Source: Candidatus Poseidoniaceae archaeon | GTDB lineage: Archaea > Thermoplasmatota > Poseidoniia > Poseidoniales > Poseidoniaceae | NCBI GenBank assembly: GCA_049616955.1 | Contig: JBMZIJ010000007.1 | Span: 4,410-68,409, forward strand | Direction of reading: 5' to 3' | DNA: 64,000 bases | In this document: positions 39,364 to 50,404 of the stretch, one piece after another | How the letters are laid out: each line of letters begins with the position of its first letter | How positions within the stretch are numbered: the stretch's first letter is position 1 | Made by a program: the position numbers and the translations under genes | Notes under the pieces: generated by a model | Database searches by the model: none | Told to the model about the DNA's origin: nothing | What the model saw: only the letters and a program-made list of their open reading frames with translations

Positions 39364-40146
39364 TCAAACAACACCGCTCATTCGACACTCTTTGCAACCC
39401 CCGCCTTTGCAGAATGGGCAAGTCGCTCGAACCTTCGGCGAGTTACGGGTACGGAATGGAACCAAGTGGGCATCACGGTCAAGCAGGCGACTACGGCGTG
39501 CGAGGCCTTCTCTCGAAGCGGACATGGATCGTGCTTTTTCATTGAACACCTCTTGTACACGGCGTTCCTGTTCCCGGCTGTGTTCCAACCGTTGATAATT
39601 TTCTTCAAACTCGGAGATTTCATATTTCGGGCCTCGCATTAACAGCGTACCAACAACTGCGAAGAGGATTTGTACCATCCAAGGATCAAATGGCAAGGGA
39701 ATAACATCAGCAATGCTCTCGGAATTCGCAGAGGTTGGAAGCCACTGAAGGCGATCGAGAATTGCAAGTCCGAACAAAACAGCCCCCGAAGTGAACATGA
39801 CGCGTCGGATGCGTTTTGCAAGACGGGGGTCGGAAGGCATACGGAAACGCCCTGCTGTCACAATCAAAATGCCCCAGAAGAGAAGGAGGATATCTGCAGT
39901 CCCCCATGTTCCTTTTTCACTGAGGCAGAAAGCTGTTCCCGTTTCTTGAATTTCTTTTTCCATTTCTGGAATGGTGCAACCAGGGTCTGCGAGACGAAGC
40001 ACATCAAGGCGCGCGGTACCGGCGCCTTCTACGACGTTTTCTGCAACCATTCCAAAATGAGCATTCGCAATAACGAACACAATTGTTGCAAGCCCCAGTA
40101 AGCCAATGAGCCTCCGCAACATGATGCCCGCTAGAATCCGCAACAC
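39364..40146 (-). CDS. Integral membrane protein with a C-terminal DnaJ-type CxxCxGxG zinc-finger motif
   Basis: 260 aa with ~5 TM helices. The cytoplasmic tail ends in RATCPFCKGGGCKECRMSG (CxxCxGxG immediately followed by CxxC). Confidence 0.45.
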   Translation of the reverse strand: MLRILAGIMLRRLIGLLGLATIVFVIANAHFGMVAENVVEGAGTARLDVLRLADPGCTIPEMEKEIQETGTAFCLSEKGTWGTADILLLFWGILIVTAGRFRMPSDPRLAKRIRRVMFTSGAVLFGLAILDRLQWLPTSANSESIADVIPLPFDPWMVQILFAVVGTLLMRGPKYEISEFEENYQRLEHSREQERRVQEVFNEKARSMSASREGLARRSRLLDRDAHLVPFRTRNSPKVRATCPFCKGGGCKECRMSGVV

Positions 40147-40204
40147 ATAGCCCTATCGCTGGGACAACCGATGTCATCAAGAACAAACAACCTTTGCGAG
40201 GTAC

Positions 40205-41809
40205 ATGCCTCGTGTTCTTATCATCGGCACAGGCATTGCTGGGCTTTTTGCAGCCTTGCGTCTTGCGAACGAAGGTTTCGAAGTCGAAATCATCACCAAG
40301 CAAAGGCCAAAGGATTCGTCAACGAATTGGGCTCAGGGAGGAATTGCAGCCATTCTCGACAAGACCAATCTGCAAGAAATTGAGGGTCACATCAAAGATA
40401 CGCTCGATGCCGGCGATGGATTGTGCGATGAAAGAGTGGTTCGAATGGTCGTCGAAGAAGCGGGCGAGAGAATCATGGATTTGCTTTCCATAGGGGTCGA
40501 ATTTGAACGGAACAAGCAAGGTGAATTTCAACTTGCACAGGAAGGTGGCCATTCATCAAGGCGCATTCTTCACGCAAAGGATGCTACAGGGAAAGAAATT
40601 GAACGTGCACTTACCACAGCTGCACAAGAACATCAGAACATCACCATGCGACCGAATACACTTGCAATCGATCTCATTCAACGCCAACACAAACACCCGA
40701 GTAAGGGCGTATGCGGTGTTTGGGCACTCGATCAAAGTACAAACCAAGTCATGACCATTGAGGGTGATGCTGTGATTTTGGCAACTGGGGGAGCAGGTCA
40801 ACTTTGGGAGAAGACCACAAACCCATCTGTATCCACAGGAGACGGTATCGCCATGGCCTATAGAACAGGCGCCTCCATTATCAACATGGCATTTGTTCAG
40901 TTCCATCCAACAGCACTTGTGGTCGAAGGTGAACGGCCTTTTTTGATCACTGAAGCCTTGAGAGGTGAAGGCGCAGTTCTCCTTGATGAGAGTGGTTATG
41001 AAAATTGGAAACGAAGCGGAGAATCAGAGCCTGGAGCGTTTTCATTTACGCTTGAAGCCTCTCCACTTGGTTCAATGGCAACCCGAGATGTTGTGGCCAG
41101 ATCTATTGACCAGCGTTGTGCAGAATCAGGCGCTTCACATGTTTACCTGGTGACGGAACATTTGGACAAAGCGCACTTGAATGAACGCTTTCCAATGATT
41201 TCAGAGCGATTACGAAAGTATGGGCTTGAACTCGGAATTGACCCTCTTCCCGTTGCCCCAGCAGCCCATTACATCGTCGGAGGCATCGAAGTCGACGAAG
41301 TGGGTTCAGCACTCAGCGGTGAGACAAGAGAACCTATTCCAGGATTGTTTGCTATTGGAGAAGTTGCTTGCACTGGGATGCATGGAGCAAACAGACTTGC
41401 CTCCAATAGCCTCCTTGAAGCAGTTGTTTTTGCACACCGATGTTCATCTCATCTCATCCAAGAAGAACTGAATGAAGTGAAGTGCTCACCTCCCGGGTGG
41501 CGCTCGGATGGTTTGGATGAACTCCAAGAGCATGGTCCGATTGCTCACGACCGAGTTGCCCTCAACCAAACCATGCGTTTTGAAGTGGGCGTATCAAGGC
41601 GTTTTTCACGGTTGCAAAGAGCCATTCGTCGATTACGTCTTTTCGAAAAGGAGATCGATGTCATCTGGAAATCGAGTCTACCTTCTCGTGAAATCGTTGA
41701 ATTGAGAAACATGATTCTCGTAGGAATTCTCGTTGCTGAAGATGCCATCAGCCGTACCGAGAACAGAGGTCTGCACTTCAATAAAGATCTCAACGAAGAT
41801 GTCGAATAA
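40205..41809 (+). CDS. nadB: L-aspartate oxidase
   Basis: 534 aa. VLIIGTGIAGLFAAL (FAD dinucleotide fold), NWAQGGIAA, HPTAL, GLFAIGEVACTGMHGANRLASNSLLE. Confidence 0.85.
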   Translation: MPRVLIIGTGIAGLFAALRLANEGFEVEIITKQRPKDSSTNWAQGGIAAILDKTNLQEIEGHIKDTLDAGDGLCDERVVRMVVEEAGERIMDLLSIGVEFERNKQGEFQLAQEGGHSSRRILHAKDATGKEIERALTTAAQEHQNITMRPNTLAIDLIQRQHKHPSKGVCGVWALDQSTNQVMTIEGDAVILATGGAGQLWEKTTNPSVSTGDGIAMAYRTGASIINMAFVQFHPTALVVEGERPFLITEALRGEGAVLLDESGYENWKRSGESEPGAFSFTLEASPLGSMATRDVVARSIDQRCAESGASHVYLVTEHLDKAHLNERFPMISERLRKYGLELGIDPLPVAPAAHYIVGGIEVDEVGSALSGETREPIPGLFAIGEVACTGMHGANRLASNSLLEAVVFAHRCSSHLIQEELNEVKCSPPGWRSDGLDELQEHGPIAHDRVALNQTMRFEVGVSRRFSRLQRAIRRLRLFEKEIDVIWKSSLPSREIVELRNMILVGILVAEDAISRTENRGLHFNKDLNEDVE

Positions 41810-42716
41810 TCGATGATAGTGCTTGATTGAGCGGCGTCGGAATCCCCAACATTTCACCACGTCGACAAATTTCTACATTCAGTGAATTGATTTCTGTTTC
41901 TCGTCCTGCACGGATGTCCTGCAACATTGAGCAATAATTACTGCTGGTTGTTTCCAAAACGTGCCTCAAACGATCGATGAGGAGTTCATCATCTTCGAGT
42001 TGTACACCTTCTGCACGAGCAATCATTGAGCCTTCGAGAAGAACGCCGACCGCAGATTCAAACAGCGCCGGTTCAAGCAAAGCACCATTCTCTTTACCCA
42101 ATAATCCTGCAATCGGATTGATTGCGATATTGAGCAACATTTTGTTCCATAGCAAGGCTCGTCCATTTTCTTCCCAGCGTGGATGAAGTCCTGCATCATC
42201 GAGGTGTTTTAAGAAGGTTTGAACCGATTGTTCCGAATGATGGTGAATGAATGGACCAAGGTGAACCTCACCAACTCCAGCCCAGTGGACATTGCCTGAA
42301 GCTGGACGATAAGCCCCATGGGTCGTTGTCGCAGCAAGAACACGATGTGCCCCAAATTCGAGAACCAGACGCTCTTCATGTCCTAATCCATTCGCAAGCG
42401 TGCAAACAATTCCGTCTTGACGAAGAAGATGTTTTGCAACTCCGACATGCTGTTCAAAGGCCGAGGCTTTTCCAGTTAGAAGGACAATATCACAAGAAGA
42501 TTGAACAGAATCTGGCAGATCTTGTTCTTCAAGGAGAACCTCCCATCGTTGTGAAGAAATCTCTTCTTCCTTCGCACCTGAAATCTTCAACCCATCGACG
42601 GTAAGATGCGCTGCGTGAAGGCCACGCCCGTACAGAAGAAGGTCACATGGTGTTGATGTGAGGCAACCTGCGAAGAGAGAACCAATGGAACCAGCACCAA
42701 CGATGCCTATTCTCAA
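41790..42716 (-). CDS. panE: 2-dehydropantoate 2-reductase (ketopantoate reductase family)
   Basis: 308 aa. MRIGIVGAGSIGSLFAG (Rossmann fold), WNKMLLNIAINPIAGL, SMLQDIRAGRETEI. Confidence 0.7.
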   Translation of the reverse strand: MRIGIVGAGSIGSLFAGCLTSTPCDLLLYGRGLHAAHLTVDGLKISGAKEEEISSQRWEVLLEEQDLPDSVQSSCDIVLLTGKASAFEQHVGVAKHLLRQDGIVCTLANGLGHEERLVLEFGAHRVLAATTTHGAYRPASGNVHWAGVGEVHLGPFIHHHSEQSVQTFLKHLDDAGLHPRWEENGRALLWNKMLLNIAINPIAGLLGKENGALLEPALFESAVGVLLEGSMIARAEGVQLEDDELLIDRLRHVLETTSSNYCSMLQDIRAGRETEINSLNVEICRRGEMLGIPTPLNQALSSIIRHLR

Positions 42717-45190
42717 GATTCAGCCCCCAAATAAGCTCCGAACGTTATCAGGATAGCCCCGTCTTGGTGGGTGATTTTGTACGTCTTGATCATTGATTCA
42801 GGAACATCGAGTGTGATGTTGTTCCAACCAGAGGAAAGTTGACTTGGGAAAGCACTCAAATCCCAATCAACATCTCCAAACGTGGAATGTCGTAAAACGA
42901 CATCCACATCATTGCTATTGTAGAGAGCAAGTTCCAGTTGAGAGGTGTTTACCGTCCTCGGCGAGTCCCATAGGCGAATGGTTTCATTGTCCTGATGAAG
43001 AACTAAATCTGGACCACGTTGAACAATGAACTCTGTTGTTTCGATGTCTTGCTGGTTGCAGTGAACGTAGGAATCCGATGGTAGTTTCAGATAAAGCCGT
43101 TCACCCACTTCAACCGAAGGTAGTGCTTGCTTCGGCCGGATGCTCAAATCCCAAGACCAGTTTGTTGTATTGGAGCGTGGAGGCGTGCTCAAGAATTCAT
43201 TTCCAGTGCATGAAGAGGCATTTTCTTGATACAACGTACCTCCAACATCAAACGGCGTGCCCCATGGATGGTGTTCGCCGATAAGCCATCCTTCCTCAGA
43301 GGCTGAAACGATGTGAGGCCAGGTTGTATCAAACCCGACCATGAACGACGTATTTCCGATCATCACATGCTCAATCATGGATTGAACACCGAATGGAAGG
43401 GCTTGGTCGACTCCGTTCAAGCAAATTTCCGAATCTTGTGAAGAAAGCAATTGTGTGAGACCCGCTTGACCATCAAGCCAAAGGAATGGTAACCATTCAT
43501 CATCCAAATCGGGCAACGATAGGTTTGCAGTATAGCCTTCTTCCATGAAAATATCAAGACAGGTAAGAACCATGTCGTTGTTGCGAACGTAGCGCCATTC
43601 AGATGCTACAGATGCGTCGAGAAGAGGATAGATGGTGCCGAACTCTTGGACAGAATCGGATTCATCAAAGGCGACATCAATTTGGTAGGCTACAAAAGTA
43701 GGTTGATGCGTTGTATTCTGATGCACCATTCTGAATTCAATGGACATTGATTCTCCTGGTTCCAAGACGCCTTCACAGGATTGCACCTCACAGGAGAGGT
43801 TCGAATTCCAAAGGGATGTTCCAAGAATCGTTCCTGAAACACTGTACGATCGGTCTTGCATGGATGGATTGTCAAGCTCAATCATGATTGACGCATTCCA
43901 GGATTCTGAGAGTTCTGCGAATTCATCAGCTACAATGGATGATGTTGCATCCGCATCCCATCGTTCAACTTGCTCAACAGGAAATTGCGCTGGAATGGCA
44001 AACAGAATGGCAACAAAGAGAACAATCCCAAGCCGTCGATGATTGTCCTCTGATAGAGGGCGATCGCCATCCATTAGGACTGGGATTCGAGGGTCACCAC
44101 CCATGAACATGAGAAGCGGAATGACGACGGAGAGCACAGGTATCCAGATTGTAAATCCATTAAAGGCATCGAAGATGAAGAAGGCAGAAGTAATGAGAAG
44201 CATAAACATGAGAATCTGAGTTCCAGAACTTCGAGCTTCCTCAATACCCATCCTGGCTACAAGCAATCGACCTCCTGGGAAGGTTGGAATTGGTAACATC
44301 AACAACCAGCCAACCAATGTGAGGAAACTCGCTGCAAAGAAGAACGGGTGTCCCCAATCGAGTGTTGTTTGGTAAGGGAAGTCAAACCCAGTGCTAATCA
44401 GTTCGATTAAGAATGGAGGGTTCGCACGGAAAGGTTCTGTTGACAGCGTGTAAGGATCGGTTGTGAACACCAACCCAAGCGTCCAGAAAACAAATCCAGA
44501 GACAAGCATCACAACAGGAACCGATACCGACGTCCATGCCAGCGATTGACGATTTGGCCAAGGTCGGGCATCCATTCGTGGCAACGTTGGAATGAAGAAA
44601 ATACCAAATGGCCAAATGAAGTAAGAGGTCGATAAGCCAGAAAACAACCACAGCAAGACAGATGGGTCTGGTATGGGGAGAATGTGCCCACTACGCACAC
44701 CAAACGCTGCTGAAATTCTCGTTTGAACAAAGGACGCAAGAAGCAATGTTCCAAGAACAGGGAGAACAAATCCAATCAAACCATCGAGATAAATCGATTC
44801 AACAAACCATCCACCCGTTGGCCGACCACTGTCCATCCATCGAACAGCAGAAAGAAGCAATGTAATGATGGAAGCCGTCCACATGTAGACGTGAATTCGT
44901 GATCCTGGGAACTGGCGATGAGGAAGTGGAAGAGTCGTGAGTAAAGTCGTATCTCCTCGACGAAGGCGTGCCATCCAACCCAAGTGCTCAAGATACGCAT
45001 TTAACTCGTCAAATTTTTCTTCAAGTTGGTCTGATTCAATTTCCCAAGTTGGCCACAATCCTCCAGTATGTGAGCGAATTGTAACGTACCTCTGAACGAT
45101 GCCCTCAAGCATATCTTTCTGGTTCCAAGCGTTCTTATGAACGGGGATTGGACTCAACGTTGCATCAGCCAAATCAGACATATTGGTCAA
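42713..45190 (-). CDS. Polytopic membrane protein: M50/site-2-protease-like domain lacking its zinc ligands, fused to a ~440 aa extracytoplasmic domain
   Basis: 825 aa. The scaffold matches archaeal M50 (..GVRSGHILPIPDP.., ..PRMDARPWPNRQSLAWTSVSVPVVML.., ..LMLPIPTFPGGRLL..). HExxH is replaced by ASFVQ (res 152-156), and the LDGG Asp is replaced by Pro (FPGG). Confidence 0.5.
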   Translation of the reverse strand: MTNMSDLADATLSPIPVHKNAWNQKDMLEGIVQRYVTIRSHTGGLWPTWEIESDQLEEKFDELNAYLEHLGWMARLRRGDTTLLTTLPLPHRQFPGSRIHVYMWTASIITLLLSAVRWMDSGRPTGGWFVESIYLDGLIGFVLPVLGTLLLASFVQTRISAAFGVRSGHILPIPDPSVLLWLFSGLSTSYFIWPFGIFFIPTLPRMDARPWPNRQSLAWTSVSVPVVMLVSGFVFWTLGLVFTTDPYTLSTEPFRANPPFLIELISTGFDFPYQTTLDWGHPFFFAASFLTLVGWLLMLPIPTFPGGRLLVARMGIEEARSSGTQILMFMLLITSAFFIFDAFNGFTIWIPVLSVVIPLLMFMGGDPRIPVLMDGDRPLSEDNHRRLGIVLFVAILFAIPAQFPVEQVERWDADATSSIVADEFAELSESWNASIMIELDNPSMQDRSYSVSGTILGTSLWNSNLSCEVQSCEGVLEPGESMSIEFRMVHQNTTHQPTFVAYQIDVAFDESDSVQEFGTIYPLLDASVASEWRYVRNNDMVLTCLDIFMEEGYTANLSLPDLDDEWLPFLWLDGQAGLTQLLSSQDSEICLNGVDQALPFGVQSMIEHVMIGNTSFMVGFDTTWPHIVSASEEGWLIGEHHPWGTPFDVGGTLYQENASSCTGNEFLSTPPRSNTTNWSWDLSIRPKQALPSVEVGERLYLKLPSDSYVHCNQQDIETTEFIVQRGPDLVLHQDNETIRLWDSPRTVNTSQLELALYNSNDVDVVLRHSTFGDVDWDLSAFPSQLSSGWNNITLDVPESMIKTYKITHQDGAILITFGAYLGAES

Positions 45191-45258
45191 GCCCCCTAAG
45201 TAGAACTGGACACCACTCCCACATCAATCATGCCCTTTTTTCAGAGCGATGCCTGAAC

Positions 45259-45876
45259 TCACTTGTTCTTGAATCGCTTGAGTCGGAATGTCTCTTCACG
45301 TTCCATTTCTTCAAGTCGAAGTTGGATGAAGACCTTCGCTTCTTCCAATTCTGGAATGACCTTGAACTCAAGAGCGTTAACACGTCGCTTGGTCGCTTCA
45401 ATTTCTTCGAGAAGTCGCTTCAATGTCGCTTCCATTTCAGCTGCCTTGACGATCTTCTCAATCAATTCGCTGAAACTGTCGCTTGCCTCGTCAATGTATG
45501 GAGAGGAACCAATGAAACCAACACCACGTTCTGCAAAGGTCGATTTGAGGTTCGTTCCACTGACACTTGGAACGACAACACCCATGATGTTTCGTCGTTC
45601 AACTTCAACTTCAGGATGAGCACTGTTGGCAATGGCAGCTGCTCGAACAGCGAGCCCCCCCTCAATTGCATTAGCAAGGTCAATTCGCTGCTTTGCCAAT
45701 CGGAACGCTTCGGTAATCTCGCGCTTTGCTTCAATCATTTCTGCGAGAAGTTGTCGGAACTCGTGGAAGAGACCGTCACGCTTCATTTTGAGAAGTTTGT
45801 AACCGTTCTTGGTTTGCTTGATGCGCCCCTTGAGTTTAATCAACTCACTTCGGGTTGGTTTGATGTCAAGCGCCAT
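45259..45876 (-). CDS. atpD: A-type ATP synthase subunit D
   Basis: 205 aa. IKPTRSELIKLKGRIKQTKNGYKLLKMKRDGL. Last gene of the operon. Confidence 0.9.
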   Translation of the reverse strand: MALDIKPTRSELIKLKGRIKQTKNGYKLLKMKRDGLFHEFRQLLAEMIEAKREITEAFRLAKQRIDLANAIEGGLAVRAAAIANSAHPEVEVERRNIMGVVVPSVSGTNLKSTFAERGVGFIGSSPYIDEASDSFSELIEKIVKAAEMEATLKRLLEEIEATKRRVNALEFKVIPELEEAKVFIQLRLEEMEREETFRLKRFKNK

Positions 45877-45892
45877 GGTTTCACCTCAGAAT

Positions 45893-47272
45893 TCAAGCCT
45901 TGTTGTCTGGATGGTACTTCTCAATCCACTTTTGGTCGAGACGGACAAGATACTTTGTATCGATGGATGACATCAATTCCCAGCACAAGTCGAGCGTTTC
46001 ATCGATGGAGCGATCCTCATCACGAGACTGACGTAGGAAGCGGTCTTCAAAGACACCGGAGAAGTCGAGCAGTTGCTTGTCACGCTCGTTCAATGCATCT
46101 TCACCGACAATGGCAACAAGACCACGGAGCTCACGACCTTGCGCATATGCAGCATACATCTGGTCGGATACAGACTTGTGATCCTCACGAGTGGTTTCAG
46201 CACCGATACACGAACCCATCAATCGAGAGAGCGATGGAAGAACGTTGATCGGCGGATAGATACCTTGTTGGTGAAGTTCACGTGAAATAACGATCTGTCC
46301 TTCAGTAATGTATCCAGACAAGTCAGGAATTGGATGCGTAATATCGTCACCAGGCATGGTCAGAATTGGGAATTGTGTAATCGATCCCTTCTTGCCCTTT
46401 ACAATTCCAGCACGCTCGTAGAGCATAGCAAGATCCGTGTACATGTAACCAGGGTAACCACGTCGTCCAGGAACTTCTTCACGTGCAGCACCGATTTGTC
46501 GAAGTGCGTCACAGTAGTTGGTCATGTCCGTGTAGATAACGAGAACGTGGTAATCGTGCTCGAATGCGAGGTACTCAGCTGCAGTCAATGCAAGACGAGG
46601 CGTAATAATTCGCTCGACAGCAGGGTCGTCAGCAAGATTAACGAACAAAGCAGCGTTTTCGAGCGCACCGGTTCGCTCCAAATCGGAACGGAAGAAGTTG
46701 TACTCTTCAGCAGTGATACCCATTGCACAGAAAACGACGATAAATTGTTCATCGCTTCCCTTCAACTTGGCTTGACGAGCGATTTGCAGAGCAATATCGT
46801 TGTGTGGAAGACCAGAAGCCGAGAAAATTGGCAACTTTTGTCCACGAACAAGCGTTGTACAGCAGTCGATAGCCGAAATTCCAGTTTGAATGAAATCGTG
46901 AGGGCTCTGACGGCTGTATGGGTTGATTGCAGCACCGATGATGTCAGCGTTTTCTTCAGCAACGATGTCAGGTCCACCATCACGAGGTCGGCCTGCACCA
47001 TCGAGAATTCGTCCAACGAGATCCTTGCTTACTGGGAGCTTGAAAACATCGCCCATGAAGGTAACACCAGCAGTTCGGTCAATCTTTGCAGTTCCTTCGA
47101 AAACTTGGACGATTACAAGGTCGTCTGAGGTGTCGAGAACTTGCCCGTTCTTGATGGATCCATCAGCGAGACGGATGGTAACGATTTCACCAAAAGCAAC
47201 TGGTTCGGTCTTGTTCAAGAAAACCAGTGGTCCCTTGACGTCGGTAATGGTTCGGTATTCTTTTCCTGTCAT
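45893..47272 (-). CDS. atpB: A-type ATP synthase subunit B
   Basis: 459 aa. [51 protein letters not shown]. Confidence 0.95.
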   Translation of the reverse strand: MTGKEYRTITDVKGPLVFLNKTEPVAFGEIVTIRLADGSIKNGQVLDTSDDLVIVQVFEGTAKIDRTAGVTFMGDVFKLPVSKDLVGRILDGAGRPRDGGPDIVAEENADIIGAAINPYSRQSPHDFIQTGISAIDCCTTLVRGQKLPIFSASGLPHNDIALQIARQAKLKGSDEQFIVVFCAMGITAEEYNFFRSDLERTGALENAALFVNLADDPAVERIITPRLALTAAEYLAFEHDYHVLVIYTDMTNYCDALRQIGAAREEVPGRRGYPGYMYTDLAMLYERAGIVKGKKGSITQFPILTMPGDDITHPIPDLSGYITEGQIVISRELHQQGIYPPINVLPSLSRLMGSCIGAETTREDHKSVSDQMYAAYAQGRELRGLVAIVGEDALNERDKQLLDFSGVFEDRFLRQSRDEDRSIDETLDLCWELMSSIDTKYLVRLDQKWIEKYHPDNKA

Positions 47273-47283
47273 GATATCACGTC

Positions 47284-49038
47284 CTAGTTGTCCTCCACAG
47301 TAGCAGCGATTTCATCGACCATGGACTTGACCATGTCATCGATGGTATCGATGTATCCCTTTTCGAACCGGCCACGCATGAGTGCGGTTCGTGCTGGTAC
47401 GTTGACAACATCGTTGAGTTGTGCCCCAGCAGCCATAGCATTCTTCGCAGCTTCTTGGAAACTGAGAATGGCCTTGGACATGGAGTATTGCAAGTGGATG
47501 TCACAGTATGCGTCAACATCGTGGAATCCATTTTGTTGCAAGAAGAATTCACGAATCATACGTGCGACTTCCAACGTAAGTTGTTGATCGACTGGCAGTG
47601 CATCGGAACCAACAAGTTGGACAATCTCTTGCAACTCGGCTTCAATTTGCAACAAACCACTGATCTGAGTTCGAATCTCAGGGAAGTCTTGTGCAATATT
47701 GTCACGGAACCACTGGTTGAGGCTCTGTGGGTACAGAGAGTACGAGTTAAGCCAGTTGATTGCAGGGAAGTGACGTTGTCGTGCAAGACCTGCGTCCAAT
47801 CCCCAGAAAACCTTGACGATTCGGAGTGTACCCTGTGAGACAGGTTCGGAAATGTCACCACCAGGTGGGCTTACAGCACCGATAACAGTAACCGACCCGT
47901 CATCACCATTCTTGGTTTCAACACGGCCAGCACGTTCGTAGAACTCTGCAATTCGAGATGAGAGGTAAGCAGGATATCCTTCTTCACCAGGCATTTCTTC
48001 AAGACGAGAGGAAATCTCACGCATTGCTTCAGCCCATCGTGAGGTCGAGTCTGCCATCAAAGCAACGTCGTAGCCCATGTCACGGAAGTACTCAGCAATG
48101 GTAATTCCAGTGTAGACAGATGCTTCACGAGCTGCTACAGGCATGTTGGATGTGTTGGCGATCATGACCGTTCGGTTCATCAGAGGTTTACCGGTGTTCG
48201 GGTCAATCAAGTGAGGGAACTCATCCAGTACTTCTGTCATCTCGTTTCCTCGCTCACCGCAACCGATGTAGACAACGATTTGAGCGTCGGAATACTTTGC
48301 AAGCGATTGTTGCGTAACCGTCTTTCCAGAACCGAACGGACCTGGAATACCTGCTGCACCACCCTTTGCGAGCGGGAACAGGAAGTCGAGAATACGCATA
48401 CCGGTGATCAATGGTGTATCTGGTGCGTACTTCTGTCGGTAAGGACGAGGTGTTCGAACAGGCCACTTTTGCATCATCTGAATTTCTGAGCCATCCTCAA
48501 GTGTACAAACGGTTTCTGTAACGTTGAAGTCTCCTGACTTAATGTCCTTGACAACACCACTCATGGTTGGAGGAACCATGATCTTGTGGACGATGGTTTC
48601 GGTCTCCTGAACGTGGCCAATGACTTGACCGCCTTCAACAGCAGCGCCCTTTTCGATGACAGCTTCGAACGTCCACTTCTTCTCAAGGTCAAACGCATCT
48701 GCATCGACACCACGAGTAATGAACACACCCATGACTTCTTCCAAGGTTGGAAGCGGTCGCTGGATACCGTCATAAATTTGGGTCAGCAAACCAGGACCGA
48801 GGGAAACCGAGAGGGTTTCACCCGTGTTGATAACTGGTTCACCAGGTCGAATACCTGACGTGTCTTCGTAAACTTGGATGACAGCCTTTTCACCGTGCAA
48901 TTCGATGACTTCTCCCATCAATCCTTCATTGCCCACACGGACAACGTCATACATTCCTGCGCTCATTCCCGTTGCGGTGACCACAGGTCCCGAAATTCGG
49001 TAAATTACTCCTTCTTTGCTCATGTTCTTTTCCTCCAT
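47284..49038 (-). CDS. atpA: A-type ATP synthase catalytic subunit A
   Basis: 584 aa. Walker [33 protein letters not shown]. Confidence 0.95.
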   Translation of the reverse strand: MEEKNMSKEGVIYRISGPVVTATGMSAGMYDVVRVGNEGLMGEVIELHGEKAVIQVYEDTSGIRPGEPVINTGETLSVSLGPGLLTQIYDGIQRPLPTLEEVMGVFITRGVDADAFDLEKKWTFEAVIEKGAAVEGGQVIGHVQETETIVHKIMVPPTMSGVVKDIKSGDFNVTETVCTLEDGSEIQMMQKWPVRTPRPYRQKYAPDTPLITGMRILDFLFPLAKGGAAGIPGPFGSGKTVTQQSLAKYSDAQIVVYIGCGERGNEMTEVLDEFPHLIDPNTGKPLMNRTVMIANTSNMPVAAREASVYTGITIAEYFRDMGYDVALMADSTSRWAEAMREISSRLEEMPGEEGYPAYLSSRIAEFYERAGRVETKNGDDGSVTVIGAVSPPGGDISEPVSQGTLRIVKVFWGLDAGLARQRHFPAINWLNSYSLYPQSLNQWFRDNIAQDFPEIRTQISGLLQIEAELQEIVQLVGSDALPVDQQLTLEVARMIREFFLQQNGFHDVDAYCDIHLQYSMSKAILSFQEAAKNAMAAGAQLNDVVNVPARTALMRGRFEKGYIDTIDDMVKSMVDEIAATVEDN

Positions 49039-49047
49039 TTTGGAACA

Positions 49048-49347
49048 TCATTTCCATAGGTCGACTCCGATTGCTCGTCGAATGGTTTCTCGGAGCGTGT
49101 TGTCTTCGTCCGTTCCGATTCCAAGAACCGTCGGCGAGACAGAACCAGACAATTGCGAGCGCAATCGATCTGGCAAGGATGCGAGAACTGCGGAGTCAAC
49201 AACAACAATTCCAACATCCTTTGAGTTGAGAAGGTCACGGAACACTTTGATACGTTCCTCTTCACCTTCTGGATTGTAGAGATTCGAAATCCCAGCAAGC
49301 TGGAATCCGAGGGTAAATTCTGGTGTTCCTACGACTGCAATTTCCAT
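49048..49347 (-). CDS. atpF: A-type ATP synthase subunit F
   Basis: 99 aa. MEIAVVGTPEFTLGFQLAGI. Position between subunits C and A. Confidence 0.8.
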   Translation of the reverse strand: MEIAVVGTPEFTLGFQLAGISNLYNPEGEEERIKVFRDLLNSKDVGIVVVDSAVLASLPDRLRSQLSGSVSPTVLGIGTDEDNTLRETIRRAIGVDLWK

Positions 49348-49356
49348 GTTTTCACC

Positions 49357-50394
49357 TCATAGAATGTGAGCCTCTAGGATTTCAGGCGGCAAACCTGCGA
49401 ATCGACCACGAACGATCATTCGGAGGTCGGTGACCTCCTTGACCTTCATGGCAATGTAGTATACGATAGGTAGCGCAGATACAGGATGGAGGTAGCTCAT
49501 CTTTTGCATCTGTGCGTATTCTCTTGCGTGAAGCCAGGTAACGACCGCATCGAGCGAGCGTTCCTTTTCTGACGTTTGAAGTGCTTCTTCAAATCCGGCG
49601 ATATCGAACTTTGCATTGCCTCTCAAGACATCCATCATGGCGCTTCGTCCACCATTGGCGATGGATGAAAGAGAACGCTGTGGCATCAAGCGTCCACCCG
49701 GAATCAATTCCTCATAGAGGTCGTTTCCTTCAATTCCGAAGGCTGATGCCTCAAGGACGTTCAAGATGTTTCGATGGTCGATTTCCGTTGCCAGTACGTT
49801 TCGCAGATAGCGTGAATCGTTTCCACTGTGCCCGAGTGCTCTCAATGAGGCAGCGAAGTAGTGGCGATCCAATGCATCCTCGTAGTGGGCAAGGCGAGCA
49901 TCTTCTGGAAGGTTCGTGAGTGCTGATCCAAACGATTTGCGACGCATTTGTTGTGCCGCAGAACGTAGGTCGTCTGAACTTTCCAGAATCTTGATCCAAG
50001 GTGTGTTGATATCGTTCAAATCCGGAAGGATGTCTTTGCTGAGTTTCTCTGCTTCAATTCCATTCGCAACGGCACGTAGAACGGCCTTTGCATTTTGGTA
50101 TTCATATCGGCTCGAGTAAATTTCGACAACCTTTCGAACCTTACCTCGACAATGCGAAAGCATGTTGTCAAGTTCATTCTCAAGGTTGTGTGTAAGCGCA
50201 GCCTCAACGAGATCGCCTCCAGTGTATCGAGACGCATAGAGGTTGATTTCGTTTTGATATCCGCTCTCAGCAACCGTGTTCGTCAACTGATCTGGGGATT
50301 GATTGATGAGTTGGCGCAATCGGGCTTTGTCCATCAATGCCTGTCGACGAGCTTTGGCTCGTGACGCTACATATGGTACGTTACCCGAAAACAT
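49357..50394 (-). CDS. atpC: A-type ATP synthase subunit C
   Basis: 345 aa, helical. YVASRAKARRQALMDKARL is typical of the subunit C (d) N-terminus. Operon position supports the call. Confidence 0.8.
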   Translation of the reverse strand: MFSGNVPYVASRAKARRQALMDKARLRQLINQSPDQLTNTVAESGYQNEINLYASRYTGGDLVEAALTHNLENELDNMLSHCRGKVRKVVEIYSSRYEYQNAKAVLRAVANGIEAEKLSKDILPDLNDINTPWIKILESSDDLRSAAQQMRRKSFGSALTNLPEDARLAHYEDALDRHYFAASLRALGHSGNDSRYLRNVLATEIDHRNILNVLEASAFGIEGNDLYEELIPGGRLMPQRSLSSIANGGRSAMMDVLRGNAKFDIAGFEEALQTSEKERSLDAVVTWLHAREYAQMQKMSYLHPVSALPIVYYIAMKVKEVTDLRMIVRGRFAGLPPEILEAHIL

Positions 50395-50404
50395 ATCTCA
50401 TCCC

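Noticed and set aside
45148-46248. 366 aa plus-strand ORF
   Set aside because: It lies entirely antisense to the strongly supported atpD and atpB genes. Its sequence is low-complexity, Ser/Cys/His-rich and has no recognisable motif. It is a shadow ORF of a highly expressed operon.
46334-47128. 264 aa plus-strand ORF
   Set aside because: Antisense to atpB, with no motifs. A shadow ORF.
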